This document shows, piece by piece, positions 1 through 11,915 of a DNA stretch of 64,000 bases. Source of the DNA: Camelus ferus (taxonomy: Eukaryota); contig NW_022589675.1 in the NCBI RefSeq assembly GCF_009834535.1, positions 62,001 to 126,000 of the forward strand. Direction: 5' to 3'. Each line of letters starts with the position of its first letter. Position 1 is the stretch's first letter. The notes below the pieces were generated by a model. It saw only the letters and a list, made by a program, of their open reading frames with translations. It had not been told where the DNA came from and did not search any database. The position numbers and the translations under genes were made by a program.

Positions 1-2011
1 ATTAGTAATAGGTACTTGTTTAAAAGTTTAGATGACTGTCGATTTTTTTTTTAATTTTACCTATATCTTTCCAAGCTTTACACCCATTTTTCTGCTTTTC
101 CAGATCACATATGCTAAACATAATCTAATCTGTCTCTTCATGAATTTTTTCCCACCAATATAGTACTTTGGAGTTGTTCAAGGCAGTGGCGACTTCTAGG
201 CCTTCTGAGATATATAGGCTCTCCATCACTTCTCTGAGTGCCCTCAGGCTGCTGGACTGGGGTTGCGTGACTTGGTTCTGACATTACTATTTACTGTCAG
301 CTCCTGTCTGACAGTTACGGCAAGTAGGAGAGTGAATCTTCTCCCCTGGCCCCTCATGTCTGATACGATAATTCTGATGTGCTGAGGGGAGAGAGCACAG
401 AACAGCAAATGTGTACTAAATATAGACCACGGGAAGGCTTGGGGGCGGCTGCAGTCACCGTGGAAGGTTGGACAGAGTGTAGGAGACCCGGGCTCTACTT
501 CCAGCTCTGCCCCCACCTTCCTTCAGGACGTAACTTCAGTGTCAATTTCACCAGGAAGGAACAGATTTTATGCAATCTCCTGCCTTAAGATCCTTGAAAC
601 TGTCTTTGAAACAGAATTTGTAAATTCATTTTAGCTCATCAAGTACAAGTTTGATTTCCTTTTTGACTCTCTGAGCAGCAAAAAGTCCCAAAGAACAAGA
701 GGGGAAAACAGCTGTGTGGTAAGTAGAATGTTAAACCATAGTTATTTATAAAAAAGTATTTGTAAGTTGATTATTTCATAAAAATATCGTTCCTTTTCTT
801 TTATACCCACATACAAATAAAATACAGAGGGCTTTATCTATATAGATATGTATATACTACAGAGAGCTAGAAATAAAATATAGAGCCACACACATACACA
901 TCTTTTGACAGCACTGAAATTCGAAGGTATTCAAAGTATACTAATAAAAACAGAAACCTTAATTTTTCTAGTTACAAAAATAAACATCTACTTCTTTGAA
1001 ACTTTTTGGTTAAATATAGATGTATTTCAGAGTAACTCTTTCAGGACAGGTCAGCAGGGGTTCCAGACACTCCTGTGGAAAAACAAAATGGTCCCAGAGA
1101 TAATGATCTATAATAATAGAATTACCCGATGTACACAGTGACTGCCTAAGGAAATGAGCAGATGAGATTACAATATGTAAATTCAAGAAATACCTAATCT
1201 AGGAGTCTGGCTCCTCTGGGCTAGAAAAATAATAAAACACCAATGGGGAGGCAAGGAGATTGGAGATAAAGATTGGGTTGAGTTAGCAATCTGATTAGGG
1301 ACAAAGGATAAAGTAAAATCTGCTGTTCTTCTTGAAATATGGGTACCGCAAATAACTGTCTGTGAAGGACCTTCAGGCAGCAGGGGAGCCTGAGGAAACG
1401 TAGCCCAGAACTGAATAATGGTCCCTGAGATTGAACAAAAACATGCTAGACGCATATTGACTCTAACTATAGAGTCTAAAACCATGTCCCAAAAAATATT
1501 CAAGAGAAGTTAAATAGCCAGGTTAGTAAAATGTTGAAACTACAAATTTTACATCACAGAAGGAATCGCTAATTCCCAGAGGAATATTCATTCTTCAAGG
1601 CAAAGGGGTGGGAGAAGAAAAGGACTAAACGAATCTGAGAAGTAACGGGTGAAGGGAAGCACGGAGGCACACAGGATGAATGGAAACACGCTGAATGGGG
1701 TTCAGAGAAAAATTACACTGAGGAGACGGACTTGTCATCCAAAAATGTTCCTTTTAGAATGACTGATCCAAAGGCATGAGGAGGTCTTTTACTTCTGTAT
1801 TAGTTTGCTTTTAACCTGCTGCTCGACACTTCCTGAAATGCCTGTAACTAGTATTAACTGTTCTTGGGACAATCACTCTTGTCCTTTTGAAATAAAACAC
1901 ACGTGGAAGTGTCACACAAAAGCCATCAGATCAAATATTGGTACCCATTCTTCAATTAAAATTTTAACATTAAAAGCTTTTTACGACATTTTTATTTCTT
2001 TCCTTATTCCT

Positions 2012-2142
2012 TTATTTTAATTTTTTAAGGGGGGAGGTAACTAGGTTTATTTTATTTACTTTTAGAGGAGGTACTGGCGACTGAACCCAGGACCTCATGC
2101 ATGTTAAGCATGTGCTCTACCACTTGGGCTATACCCTCCCCC
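2012..2142 (-). mobile_element. Camelid tRNA-derived SINE (Vic-1-like)
   Basis: Reverse complement reads gggggagggtatagcccaagtggtagagcacatgcttaacatgcatgaggtcctgggttcagtcgccagtacctc plus an A-rich tail, with tRNA-like A and B boxes. Similar copies occur at ~10905, 18812, 40692 and 57973. Confidence 0.88.
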
Positions 2143-3414
2143 AGTTCATGATATTTTAAAATCTCACACCAAAGGAAAAAAAAAATATATATATATATAT
2201 ACTTTTTACCTCTTACACATCCTGGAATACCATCAGAAATAGTATTTGATAAATGCTTGAATTTCTGGACCAATATGGTGAATAGATAACATGCAATTTG
2301 AAATAGTTTGTATTTCTGATAGCTACATAATTAGTCACTTTATAAATATGACAGGAAAACTCCAGTTGCCCCCCTAAAAACTTTTTCTTGTTCAGAAAGC
2401 TTTCTCAGTTTTACATGTAAAAAATGGGCATAGTTCTACCACTTCAAACAATTCCCTGAAACCAGAGTTTATAAAGCTAACTTCGAAATAATTTGAACAA
2501 ATTAGTTCTGAAACTGCTTATAACATGTTTGATCTGCTAGATATGCTCACTACTCCCCTTGAATTAATAGAGATGGAAGTTTTCCATCACTATTATACTA
2601 GATTTTCTAACAGTTTATTCCAGAACAAAATAATCTGTCTATACTATTTCTTAATATCATTTGTGTTCTTATATATGCTACCAACAAATATTGTAACTCG
2701 TATTGTTACATTTAGGTCCAGAGAGCTTCTTAATTGGACCTATAGTAAGAGATCAACTCAAAGAAGGCTCAATTCTGTAATTTACATTCAGTGACTTTCA
2801 CATTCTTGATAGAGCTTTGGAGAAAGGAGATGTGGGAAGGAATGATCAGAATTATATTATAACCTTGCTGATGTTAAATGCGGGGTTTAAGGGTTTGAGC
2901 TGTTGTACAGGACAGCTGAATCTGCAGACTTACGGTGTCTACTCTTCTGAAGCTCTCTGATAAATGAGGAGTGATTTAGTTCCTGGGAAGAGGGGCCAAT
3001 ACTGGGGGATAATACTTAAAAGTGTCATCTGGTCTCATCTAGACATTCCTAGTACAATAAGTACCAAAAAAAATTTAAAATTGTTGAATGAATGAATCTA
3101 CAAATTCAGAACCTGATTATATCTTAGGTTTGCCCTTCAAGGTTACTTTGATTCCAATTCAAAAAAAAAAAACAAAAACACTTTGGATCCATAACTTAAT
3201 AAAAACCTATTGTCTCTTTGCTGTCACAGATACAAAATTGTTAACATATAGTTTTAGAAACCTACTTTAGGTTAGCTGACACAAAGTTACAATAGGTGTG
3301 CTTGTCAAAACGCCTGAGATGAGACAGCCCCTATGCTTCTGGAGCTTTTAGGGGGAGTATAATAGAAAATTAAATCCTGTCTTTTTCCATTTATTTGCTT
3401 TATTCACCATGAGT

Positions 3415-3560
3415 AAGAGATTTTGCTTCACCGAGCCTCTGTTCTATCTGTAAAATGTAGATAACAATACTTGCTTCCCTCACAGACGTGACAGGAGGAG
3501 CAAATAAGCTAACGAACGTGAAAGGATTCTGTAAACTATGAAGCGTCATATAAAGTAAGG
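3415..3560 (+). mobile_element. MIR SINE fragment
   Basis: gagcctctgttctatctgtaaaatgtagataacaatac... resembles the MIR core (gagcctcagtttcctcatctgtaaaatggggataata). Confidence 0.7.
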
Positions 3561-3762
3561 CTTTATTGGCAAGGAGGCATGTAGAGCTGGGTCAGGCCAG
3601 TGTAGAAGGGTCATGGTGTGAACATACTTAAAACCAAGTCACAGATAAAATTTTAGGTCAAGTGCATGACAAAGTAGCTAGGCTTTTAAATTAATTTGGG
3701 CCTTAAATTAACCCTGAGATGAGTGAAGGGTATAATATTAATGGATATATAAAGACTCCTTT

Positions 3763-4857
3763 TTCTGCACAGCAAAGGAAACCATAAGTAAAACAAGAAG
3801 AAAACCTACGGAATGGGAGAAAATTTTTGCAAGTGAAACCGACAAAGGCTTGATCTCCAGAATATATAAGCAGCTCATACAACTCAGTAAGAAAAAAATA
3901 AACAACCCAATCCAAAAATGGGCAGAAGNNNNNNNNNNNNNNNNNNNNNNNNNNNNNNNNNNNNNNNNNNNNNNNNNNNNNNNNNNNNNNNNNNNNNNNN
4001 NNNNNNNNNNNNNNNNNNNNNNNNNNNNNNNNNNNNNNNNNNNNNNNNNNNNNNNNNNNNNNNNNNNNNNNNNNNNNNNNNNNNNNNNNNNNNNNNNNNN
4101 NNNNNNNNNNNNNNNNNNNNNNNNNNNNNNNNNNNNNNNNNNNNNNNNNNNNNNNNNNNNNNNNNNNNNNNNNNNNNNNNNNNNNNNNNNNNNNNNNNNN
4201 NNNNNNNNTTACCATATGACCCAGGAATCCCACTCCTGGGCTTGTATCCAGAAGGAAATCTACTTCAGGATNNNNNNNNNNNNNNNNNNNNNNNNNNNNN
4301 NNNNNNNNNNNNNNNNNNNNNNNNNNNNNNNNNNNNNNNNNNNNNNNNNNNNNNNNNNNNNNNNNNNNNNNNNNNNNNNNNNNNNNNNNNNNNNNNNNNN
4401 NNNNNNNNNNNNNNNNNNNNNNNNNNNNNNNNNNNNNNNNNNNNNNNNNNNNNNNNNNNCATTCTAAGTGAAGTAAGCCAGAAAGAGAAAGAAAAATACC
4501 ACATGAGATCGCTCATATGTGGAATCTAAAAAACAAAAACAAAAACAAAGAAACAAACAAAAACAAAGCGTAAATACAGGACAGAAATAGACTCACAGAC
4601 AGAGAATACAGACTTGTGGTTACCAGGGGGGTGGAGGGTGGGAAGGGATAGACTGGGATTTCAAAATTGTAGAATAGATAAACAAGATTACACTGTATAG
4701 CACAGGGAAATATACACAAAATGTTATGATAACTCACAGAGAAAAAAATGTGACAATGAGTGTGTATATGTCCATGAATGACTGAAAAATTGTGCTGAAC
4801 ACTGAATTTGACACAACATTGTAAAATGATTATAAATCAATAAAAAATGTTAAAAAA
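3763..4857 (+). mobile_element. Young 5'-truncated camelid L1 (ORF2 C-terminus, 3'UTR, polyA) with TSD; partly N-masked
   Basis: L1 ORF2-like peptides ([12 protein letters not shown]...NPIQKWAE; LPYDPGIPLLGLYP; ILSEVSQKEKEKYHM), 3'UTR and polyA to 4857. TSD aaagactccttt at 3751-3762 and 4858-4869. Confidence 0.93.
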
Positions 4858-5789
4858 AAAGACTCCTTTATGACTAGTCTTACTACTCTTTGTATTCACC
4901 ATTTAAATTCCAGCTGCAATTAAATGGATCAATAAATTTTAAAAAAAAAAGATATTGGGGCACTAATGTAGGATTGTCAACATGAAGACATCAACAACAT
5001 TAACATAAGTTGCCATGATTTCATAAGAAATTATTTTTGACACCAAAAAGCTAGAAGATCATAGTCTCAGAATAACGAACAGCTCTTCTAAAAAATGACA
5101 ATCTTCCATCGATGAATGGACGGAAAGACATCACTCCACATGCGTTGTCCCTACTTTTCTCATAACACTAAGAACCAGTTAACGCTTCATTATGAGCCAG
5201 CCAAGTCACCTGCACTGTCATGGAGCACCTCTGGAAGATGAACAATAAGGCTGCTTCCCAGCCTGAGGTCTGGGGGTCCTGTTGCTCTGTTCAGCTACAT
5301 CTTAACAACAAATCCCAGCAGGAGTAACCTTGGCTACAGTATAATGGCACTTCCACACCTGCCCTTATTTTTGTCGGTAGCAAAACCATCTTCCCACCTA
5401 TAGCACGTTGTAATCTTCTCCTTTCTAGGTCAGAGAGCTTTGGATTCCACATCAAACTCTTTCCTCAAGGAGGAAAAAAGACCTATGCTGCTATTCTTAC
5501 CTGAGCTTTCAATGCATGAAGATAAACTCTAAATAAAAGAAGGACATCTGGTTATTTTGGTGAGAGAATGTCTTAATTTTCCTCTAGTGTATAGCATTAT
5601 GGGAATATACGTATTTAGACAATGATTATAAGATTTTCAGAAATATTTTAACTTACTTCATAGAACAAACTCATCAACAAAAATGTGAAAACCACTGACT
5701 AACATCTATGGTACCTTTTCTTATATTTAGTACATGATATACATCAGTGGAGGAAAGGGTGTTTGCTTTGACCAGTTTTTAAATACACT

Positions 5790-6830
5790 TTTAAAATAGT
5801 TTATTAGCTTTTTAAAAATCTAAGTTTAATTTCCATACAATAAAATGTATAATTTTTAAAGTATTTAATTCAATGAACTTTGACAAGTCTATGTATCCAT
5901 GAAAGACACACCCAGCAAGATGGAATACAGTTCCATCACTCCAGAGCCTTACCTCGTGCTATTTTCCAGTCATAATCTCTGCCAGAGATAAGTGGGTTTT
6001 TTTTTTCTATCACCAACTAATACATCAGGTTTTCCTGTTCATATAAATGAAGCCATAAAATCCGTATTCTTTTATGTTAGGCTCTTCTCTCTACATAACG
6101 TTTTTGAGATATATCCACATTATTGGAGGTCTCAGTAGTTCATTTCATTTTATTGTTTGCAAATTGATTTATCAGAAAGGAAAATTTGTCTATTCCCTTT
6201 TTGATAGAACACATATAAAGAACTGCTATAAATCAATAACAAAAAGACAAATGATCCCAACCCCTATTATTTAAAAGATTGCTAATGAAATTCTTACCAA
6301 TGTCTTTTTTTTTTTAACATATATTATTATTTCTCTTGAGTAAATATCTAGGAGTGACATCACCAAGTCACAGGGCAAATGTATGTGACTATAAGAAACT
6401 GCCAGACAGTTTTACAAAGCAGTTGTACCATTTTACCATTCCATCAACAGTAAGTGAGAATTCCATTTGCTCTACAACATTGTCAGTCTTTGTGATTTTT
6501 AACTATTTTCATGGGTGTGGAGTGGTAGTTCATTGTGGTTTTAACTTGCATTTCTTTGATGTCTAATGGGGGCGAGCCCCTTTTCATGTACTTCTTGACT
6601 AACTGTATATCCTTACTGTGAAGGTTCTAAGTCATTTGCTTCTTTAAAATCTGGTTGTCTTTTTATTATTGATTGGTAAGAGTTGTTTGTATTTTACGGA
6701 TTTGTACTTATCTTTATCAGATAAATGATCCGAGGATAGCTTTTCCCCAACGTGGTTTGCCCTTTCATTTTCTTAATAGTGTCTTCAGAATGAACTTAAT
6801 TTTTTAAATTTTAACTTTTTAAAATGAAGT
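5790..6830 (-). mobile_element. Old L1 (L1M/L1ME-like) 3' fragments
   Basis: Typical antisense L1M motifs (ccatacaataaaatg..., ccagacagttttacaaagcagttgtaccattttaccattcc, gtggttttaacttgcatttc). Boundaries approximate. Confidence 0.75.
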
Positions 6831-7460
6831 GTAAGATCTGACCAATATCCACCAGGGATATATCTGGTCTCAACTTCCAGCCATGCAGTGTATTAGTCTA
6901 ATCGCATTGTGTTGGATAATATCCAGGTAGGATTTTTAAAGTCCGTCTGGACTAGATAAATCTTGTTGTCATTATTTGACCACAAGTCATTCTTCATCGA
7001 GTGTTCCATTATCCAATCACCCTTTGTCCAACTTGTCTGGTTTCATAATCATCAATGCGTCTTACACTGTCAAAGGTCTGATGCTGTAAGACCTTTCACT
7101 GCTATATATTTTCAAACAGTGGGCAGGAATTCCTGTTTAATAAATAAATAACAGAATCTGCAATGCTGCTGACTCAGAGAATCTCCTTCTGACTTTCTCC
7201 AAAAGTTTGAGATAGGGAGGCTAAAAAACAGAACTGTGGCAATGCCACAGCTTTATCAGAAAAAAAGCTAAGTCAAAATATATTATTAAGGTCAGCCCAA
7301 ATCCATTCTCAATTACAGAACTCCCTCCCAGCTCTTAAAACAAAGCCAGGTAGATACTAGATACTCAACACTCAGATCAATGAAGCAACCCTACAGTTCC
7401 ATGAGAAAATAGAAAAATTAGAAAAGAAAAATCAATCAAATGTGAAACAGGGTTCCTTAC

Positions 7461-7576
7461 CGTTCCCTGCAAGTTCGGGCAGCTGTGTTCCAGGTGACTT
7501 TCTGTTCTATGATTACAAAGTGACAGTAGCCTGAATGATGGTGCCATCCAGCTGGGCAGGATTTTTCTTCCACCTC
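7461..7576 (-). CDS. FREM1: FREM1 coding exon (~exon 35), 116 bp, N-terminal part of C-type lectin domain
   Basis: gtttttcag|GAG GTG GAA...AGG GAA CG|gtaagg; [38 protein letters not shown] (C-P-x-G-W...C...W...A...C lectin pattern); phase 0 to 2. Confidence 0.95.
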
Positions 7577-8260
7577 CTGAAAAACAGTTGGCCGTGTTCA
7601 CAACACAATGGTCTTACAATCTAGAGTCTGTTCTCAGCATATAGAGTCCTTCCTATGAGTCTTCTAACGTGAATAACTTTGTCACCAGAAAGGAGGTTAG
7701 CCCTAATCCCAATTCTCCACTTTGAGAAATGCAATGGCTTCTTACAGAACAATTGTCAGCAATGATTTAGTTTTATAAAAGTATGGGCATTATGATATTT
7801 GGTTTCTTTATTAGTAAAATTTTCTTTCTTCTTGGTGGTTCATAAAATAATGGTGAGTCTTACGATTGATAGGAGCTTAGATTTCATGAAATAATGTAGC
7901 AAGTGCTTAATGAATATTAGTAATCAAGATGCTCTTGATCGTAGAGTTTTCTTAATTCACCTAAATCAAAGCTTGTATCCCAGAAGCTCAGTGCTAAAGA
8001 GAAGTTTCAAATTCTCCAAGAATAATAGTGGATTTATCTATTTGAATAAAATAAGTAAACACCTTCTTAAATTGTACTGTGTAACTAATGTGTGTTGTGA
8101 TTTTCAGAACACTAACTGGCCATCTTCTCCTCTCCGCCTTCCAAGTGTAACAGGGCGGGCAGGACGTTGCCGGAGTGCACGGAGCACTCCCCTCTCTTAG
8201 CTAATCACAGGGCCTGCTGCGGGCAGTGCTTGGCACTTGGCTGCTCGGCCTGTGTCCCAC

Positions 8261-8389
8261 CTTGGTGTGGGGGCTCCAAGACTTCCAGGCAATCCCATCA
8301 CACGTATACAGCTTTTGGAGGCTTTCTTCGAAGTGGAAGAGTCCCTTTAATTCCAGCGTGCAGTTTTTTGGAAATGAGGGCAGCCGGTT
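8261..8389 (-). CDS. FREM1: FREM1 coding exon (~exon 34), 129 bp
   Basis: ctcccatag|AAC CGG CTG CCC...ACC AAG|gtggga; [43 protein letters not shown]; phase 0 to 0. Confidence 0.94.
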
Positions 8390-8573
8390 CTATGGGAGGG
8401 AAAGGAGACTGAGGTTTGACTTAACGTAACTCGATCACACTCTTACCTCTTCGAGCTCATCGTCTGTTGGGGATCGTTTGTGTTGAGTAAACTCTCCCCA
8501 AGCTGGAAGGCTGTTTTCTGGCCCAGAAAACAGCTTGCTTAGAGGTGAGTAGGAAGTGAAGAGATTTTCATAC

Positions 8574-8738
8574 CTGCCTGGGGAAGTGTGAGCCGGCTGT
8601 GGATTCCTCCTTATCTGCCTGAGGCCGTTCCCACACTTTGATTGTCTTCTGTGGCTGACTAGTAATGGATACTTTGGCCTTCCTTTTGTGAGTTGGGGAA
8701 CTGTCATCCTCCAGTTTCAGGGAAACCATTCCATGATA
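8574..8738 (-). CDS. FREM1: FREM1 coding exon (~exon 33), 165 bp
   Basis: tcctcaag|TAT CAT GGA ATG...AGG CAG|gtatga; [35 protein letters not shown]...SHFPRQ; phase 0 to 0. Confidence 0.95.
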
Positions 8739-9009
8739 CTTGAGGAAATCAACAAACAACAATAAAGAAAAAAAAAAACATCAAGAGAGCAAATAACAAC
8801 ATTTGTTGTAAAAATGAGCAATCCAAAAAATTGGATCAGAGCAAAAAAGATGAGTTTTATTTTTTCTGACCACCCAAGCCTCTAAAACAAATTTCAAAAC
8901 AGGTTTTTAAGAGAAGTATATAAATATAAAATATACAAAAGATAGTTTCACTAGATATTTTGCATCCATAAATACAAGAAATTTAGCAATTCTCTCAGAC
9001 TAAGCTTAC

Positions 9010-9057
9010 TTTATAGATGATGTCTGTTCCATTTCTATAAACATAGGATGGATGAAC
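9010..9057 (-). CDS. FREM1: FREM1 coding exon (~exon 32), 48 bp
   Basis: gatttcag|GTT CAT CCA...ATC TAT AAA|gtaagc; VHPSYVYRNGTDIIYK; phase 0 to 0. Confidence 0.93.
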
Positions 9058-9739
9058 CTGAAATCAACAGAGAACAAAATATGAACAAAATTGGCTTGAA
9101 TAATAATTAGAAGCAGGGTAAAATCCTTCCAGTAAGGTCATTTTAATGTCTGAAAAATTTTAATACTTTTCTTTTTTTAAGATTTCTCATGCCCAAATTG
9201 TTGGAATTTTAAAAAATCATTGGACCTAACATTGATCAATGTTGACTCATCTATTCTGAGTCCTAGTTAGGGAAAAAAAGACATTCTTATTTTTTTGGCA
9301 CATCTATAGTATAGAGAGGTCCAAGAAAACACACACACTTACACACATTCATGAGTATGCACCTGGTTAGAATGCTTTGCTTAAAAGGTCAAAGCCATGG
9401 TTTCCACACCAAGTAGATCACTTAATCTCATTCTATTTCAGGGTCACTTGTCATTCTCTACCTACCATGATCACAAAAGGAACCAAAGCACAAATCACAT
9501 GGATGAGTCAGAATATCGATCACCTCGGTTGGTACAATTGATAGAGTGGGGCAGCATTATGAAAGTTGTATACAAAAGGCACTTCATGATGGTCCAGAGA
9601 ACCATGAGAATCACTGTGGCCCACACTCACTGTGAGAATCAGAACAGCTTCCTCAGTGTTTCAGAACACTTATTAAGATCTTTTGATTCTTTTAATATGC
9701 ACTCCACCCATCAAATCCCAGAAGGTCCCCCGTCCTTAC

Positions 9740-9975
9740 TGTTCTGCCATTCCCTCGGGTTCTAAGCTTCATTGGAGAAAGATGTGAAGAATCAGAGCCC
9801 CGCAGGGTGTCTCCCCTGGCGACTGCTGGCCGCTTGGAAGATGGAAGGGGTCTTCCTTCCAGATGAAAGGAACCAGAAGCAGGTGAGGAAGCCCCCGGGG
9901 TGAGCGGACGCCAAACGCCCTTCTCCTGAGCGTGCGGCATGTTTGGGTTGAAGGCATATGAAGGATGGCACTGTC
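9740..9975 (-). CDS. FREM1: FREM1 coding exon (~exon 31), 236 bp, contains RGD
   Basis: gcccccag|GA CAG TGC CAT...GGC AGA ACA|gtaagg; [11 protein letters not shown]...[14 protein letters not shown]...ARGDTLRG...LRTRGNGRT; phase 1 to 0. Confidence 0.95.
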
Positions 9976-10904
9976 CTGGGGGCACGCAAAATGGCAGGTC
10001 AGCTCATTTTACACAAACAGATAAGCGATCACATCCGCAGAGCCCCTGAAGCGGCTCGTCATTAAACCCAGATGGATGGTTTTCCCACCAGATGTTGCCT
10101 TTCTGCCATTTGCCAGAAACTCCTTTCCTCTTCATCAGTTTCCATCCAGGAAAGCTGTGCCCTTCTGCACAGCTACAGGGTGATTATAAGTCATGAAATT
10201 GATTTCACCAACCACAAATGAAAATCACTGTTGTGATTTTATAATCATCCCGTCTACTTGGGAACCAGCCTCACGTCGTAGTATAGAACTCCTCCATGTG
10301 TAAGGTTTATTCGCTGTTCAAGTATCATTCCACAAACACCTTAAAGTGTTCATCCTTTCCCCAATCTCCTAGAGGTAGAAACTGGAATTGTTCGAAGGTG
10401 TCAGTGAAATCAAACAGTAGTTATAAAAAAGAGCATTCAGCTGTTGAACAAAGACCCAGTAAATCTTAACGGAGTTACTTTAATTAGAAATACTGCCAAT
10501 TAGTATGAAAAAAAGTCTCAACCCAGAAGCCTTGTCTGGCTATTTTATACTTCACGTGTAAAGCGTGTATTCCGTGTATTTATGTACTTCAGGCAATCGG
10601 AAAATTCAACCGAAAAAGAAATGAGTTTGGTGAGGAAAGGAGGTGGGGAGAGATATTGTGGAAATCTAGTTATGGTAAAGGAAGGAGGAGACTGGCTATT
10701 TTTATTACAGGGTGAGAAAGAGAAGAAAAGACAATAAGTTTCAGGTAAGAAAAACACATGGCCCACAGGGCAAGACAGGTGTAAAACAGGGCTGTAAGAC
10801 CGGGCATGGTTACTGGACACTCGCCAAATGCAAATAGACAAATACATAGAAGGTATCTGGCAGGAAGAAAACTCAGAGCACCAAAGCCTTCAGCTGGTCC
10901 TTAT

Positions 10905-11082
10905 ATTATTTTTTAAATGTTTTACTTATTTATTATTGTATTATTTAATTACTTTATTTTGGTGTGGGGGGAGCTTATTGGGTTTAGCTTATTTTTCGAG
11001 TAGGTACTGGGGATTGAACCCAGGACCTTGTACATGCTAAGCATGTGCTCTACTACTTGAGCTATACCCTCCCCCCTCCGGG
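10905..11082 (-). mobile_element. Camelid tRNA-derived SINE with TSD
   Basis: SINE body gtactggggattgaacccaggacc...gagctataccctccccc. TSD tggtccttat at 10895-10904 and 11083-11092. Confidence 0.9.
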
Positions 11083-11607
11083 TGGTCCTTATTTTACTTG
11101 GTTCACAGGCTGCTCTCCAGCACGTACTACCCAGGACCTCCCTGGCTGTGCAACCCAAGATTACTCATTAATATTCTCCAGCTGCTCCTGAAACCCCAGG
11201 CCAGCTGCATCTTTCACACCTATTTTTCTCTGATTCCTTCCTCTCTCCGAATTTTCCTGGTCACACTACAGTGGGGGCTCAAATTTTAGGCATTAAGAGC
11301 TCTCTTTAACAGAGGAAGATAATTACAGCCCTACAAACTCTGAGGGGGGGGGGGATAATTGTCGATAGATTCTCACCGACATTGTTTCCCCCTTGGTGAG
11401 AACAACAAACGGGTAGGAGGAAAAAAAAAAAAAAAAAACCAACCAGGCACTGACTTGTTGCTTTTCTCAAATGATCGCTCTTAGCGGGAGGAAAACCACA
11501 TGAAGCAGAAACCAGAATAAAGGGCCCACATCACGACTGAGGTTGCTTTCTTGACAAGAAATTAAGCATTTTGATTTGAAGGCGTTATCAAGCACACTGG
11601 CTGTTGA

Positions 11608-11915
11608 NNNNNNNNNNNNNNNNNNNNNNNNNNNNNNNNNNNNNNNNNNNNNNNNNNNNNNNNNNNNNNNNNNNNNNNNNNNNNNNNNNNNNNNNNNNNN
11701 NNNNNNNNNNNNNNNNNNNNNNNNNNNNNNNNNNNNNNNNNNNNNNNNNNNNNNNNNNNNNNNNNNNNNNNNNNNNNNNNNNNNNNNNNNNNNNNNNNNN
11801 NNNNNNNNNNNNNNNNNNNNNNNNNNNNNNNNNNNNNNNNNNNNNNNNNNNNNNNNNNNNNNNNNNNNNNNNNNNNNNNNNNNNNNNNNNNNNNNNNNNN
11901 NNNNNNNNNNNNNNN
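11608..11915 (-). CDS. FREM1: Inferred hidden FREM1 exon (~exon 30, ~150 bp, rest of Calx-beta) inside an N block; exact boundaries unknown
   Basis: Human FREM1 (recalled) has about 50 aa (GMSTKMWNIAITYDG...ILDSKG) between FDP and GQCHP. I found no such sequence between 9976 and 17468. The only unreadable stretch there is this 308-nt N run in non-repeat context. Inference only. Confidence 0.55.

Noticed and set aside
2012-2142. tRNA-like A/B boxes in SINE copies as tRNA genes
   Set aside because: They have A-rich tails and TSDs, are multi-copy, and show no complete cloverleaf. They are SINEs, not tRNAs.
3929-4460. N runs producing long X-containing ORFs (also 54480-55380 and 63276-63917)
   Set aside because: Masked or gapped sequence inside L1 elements. 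The ORFs are artefacts of translating N.
4930-5500. Possible degraded CR1/L3-like LINE sequence (also 6880-7100)
   Set aside because: The resemblance is too faint to support without a RepeatMasker/Dfam search.
244-7151. Short ORFs and the expected final FREM1 exons (rest of the C-type lectin) or CER1 at the left end
   Set aside because: I found no sequence encoding the recalled YLGNLVTV...FWIG exon or a CER1-like peptide. They probably lie beyond position 1. The listed ORFs lack homology and coherent splice signals.
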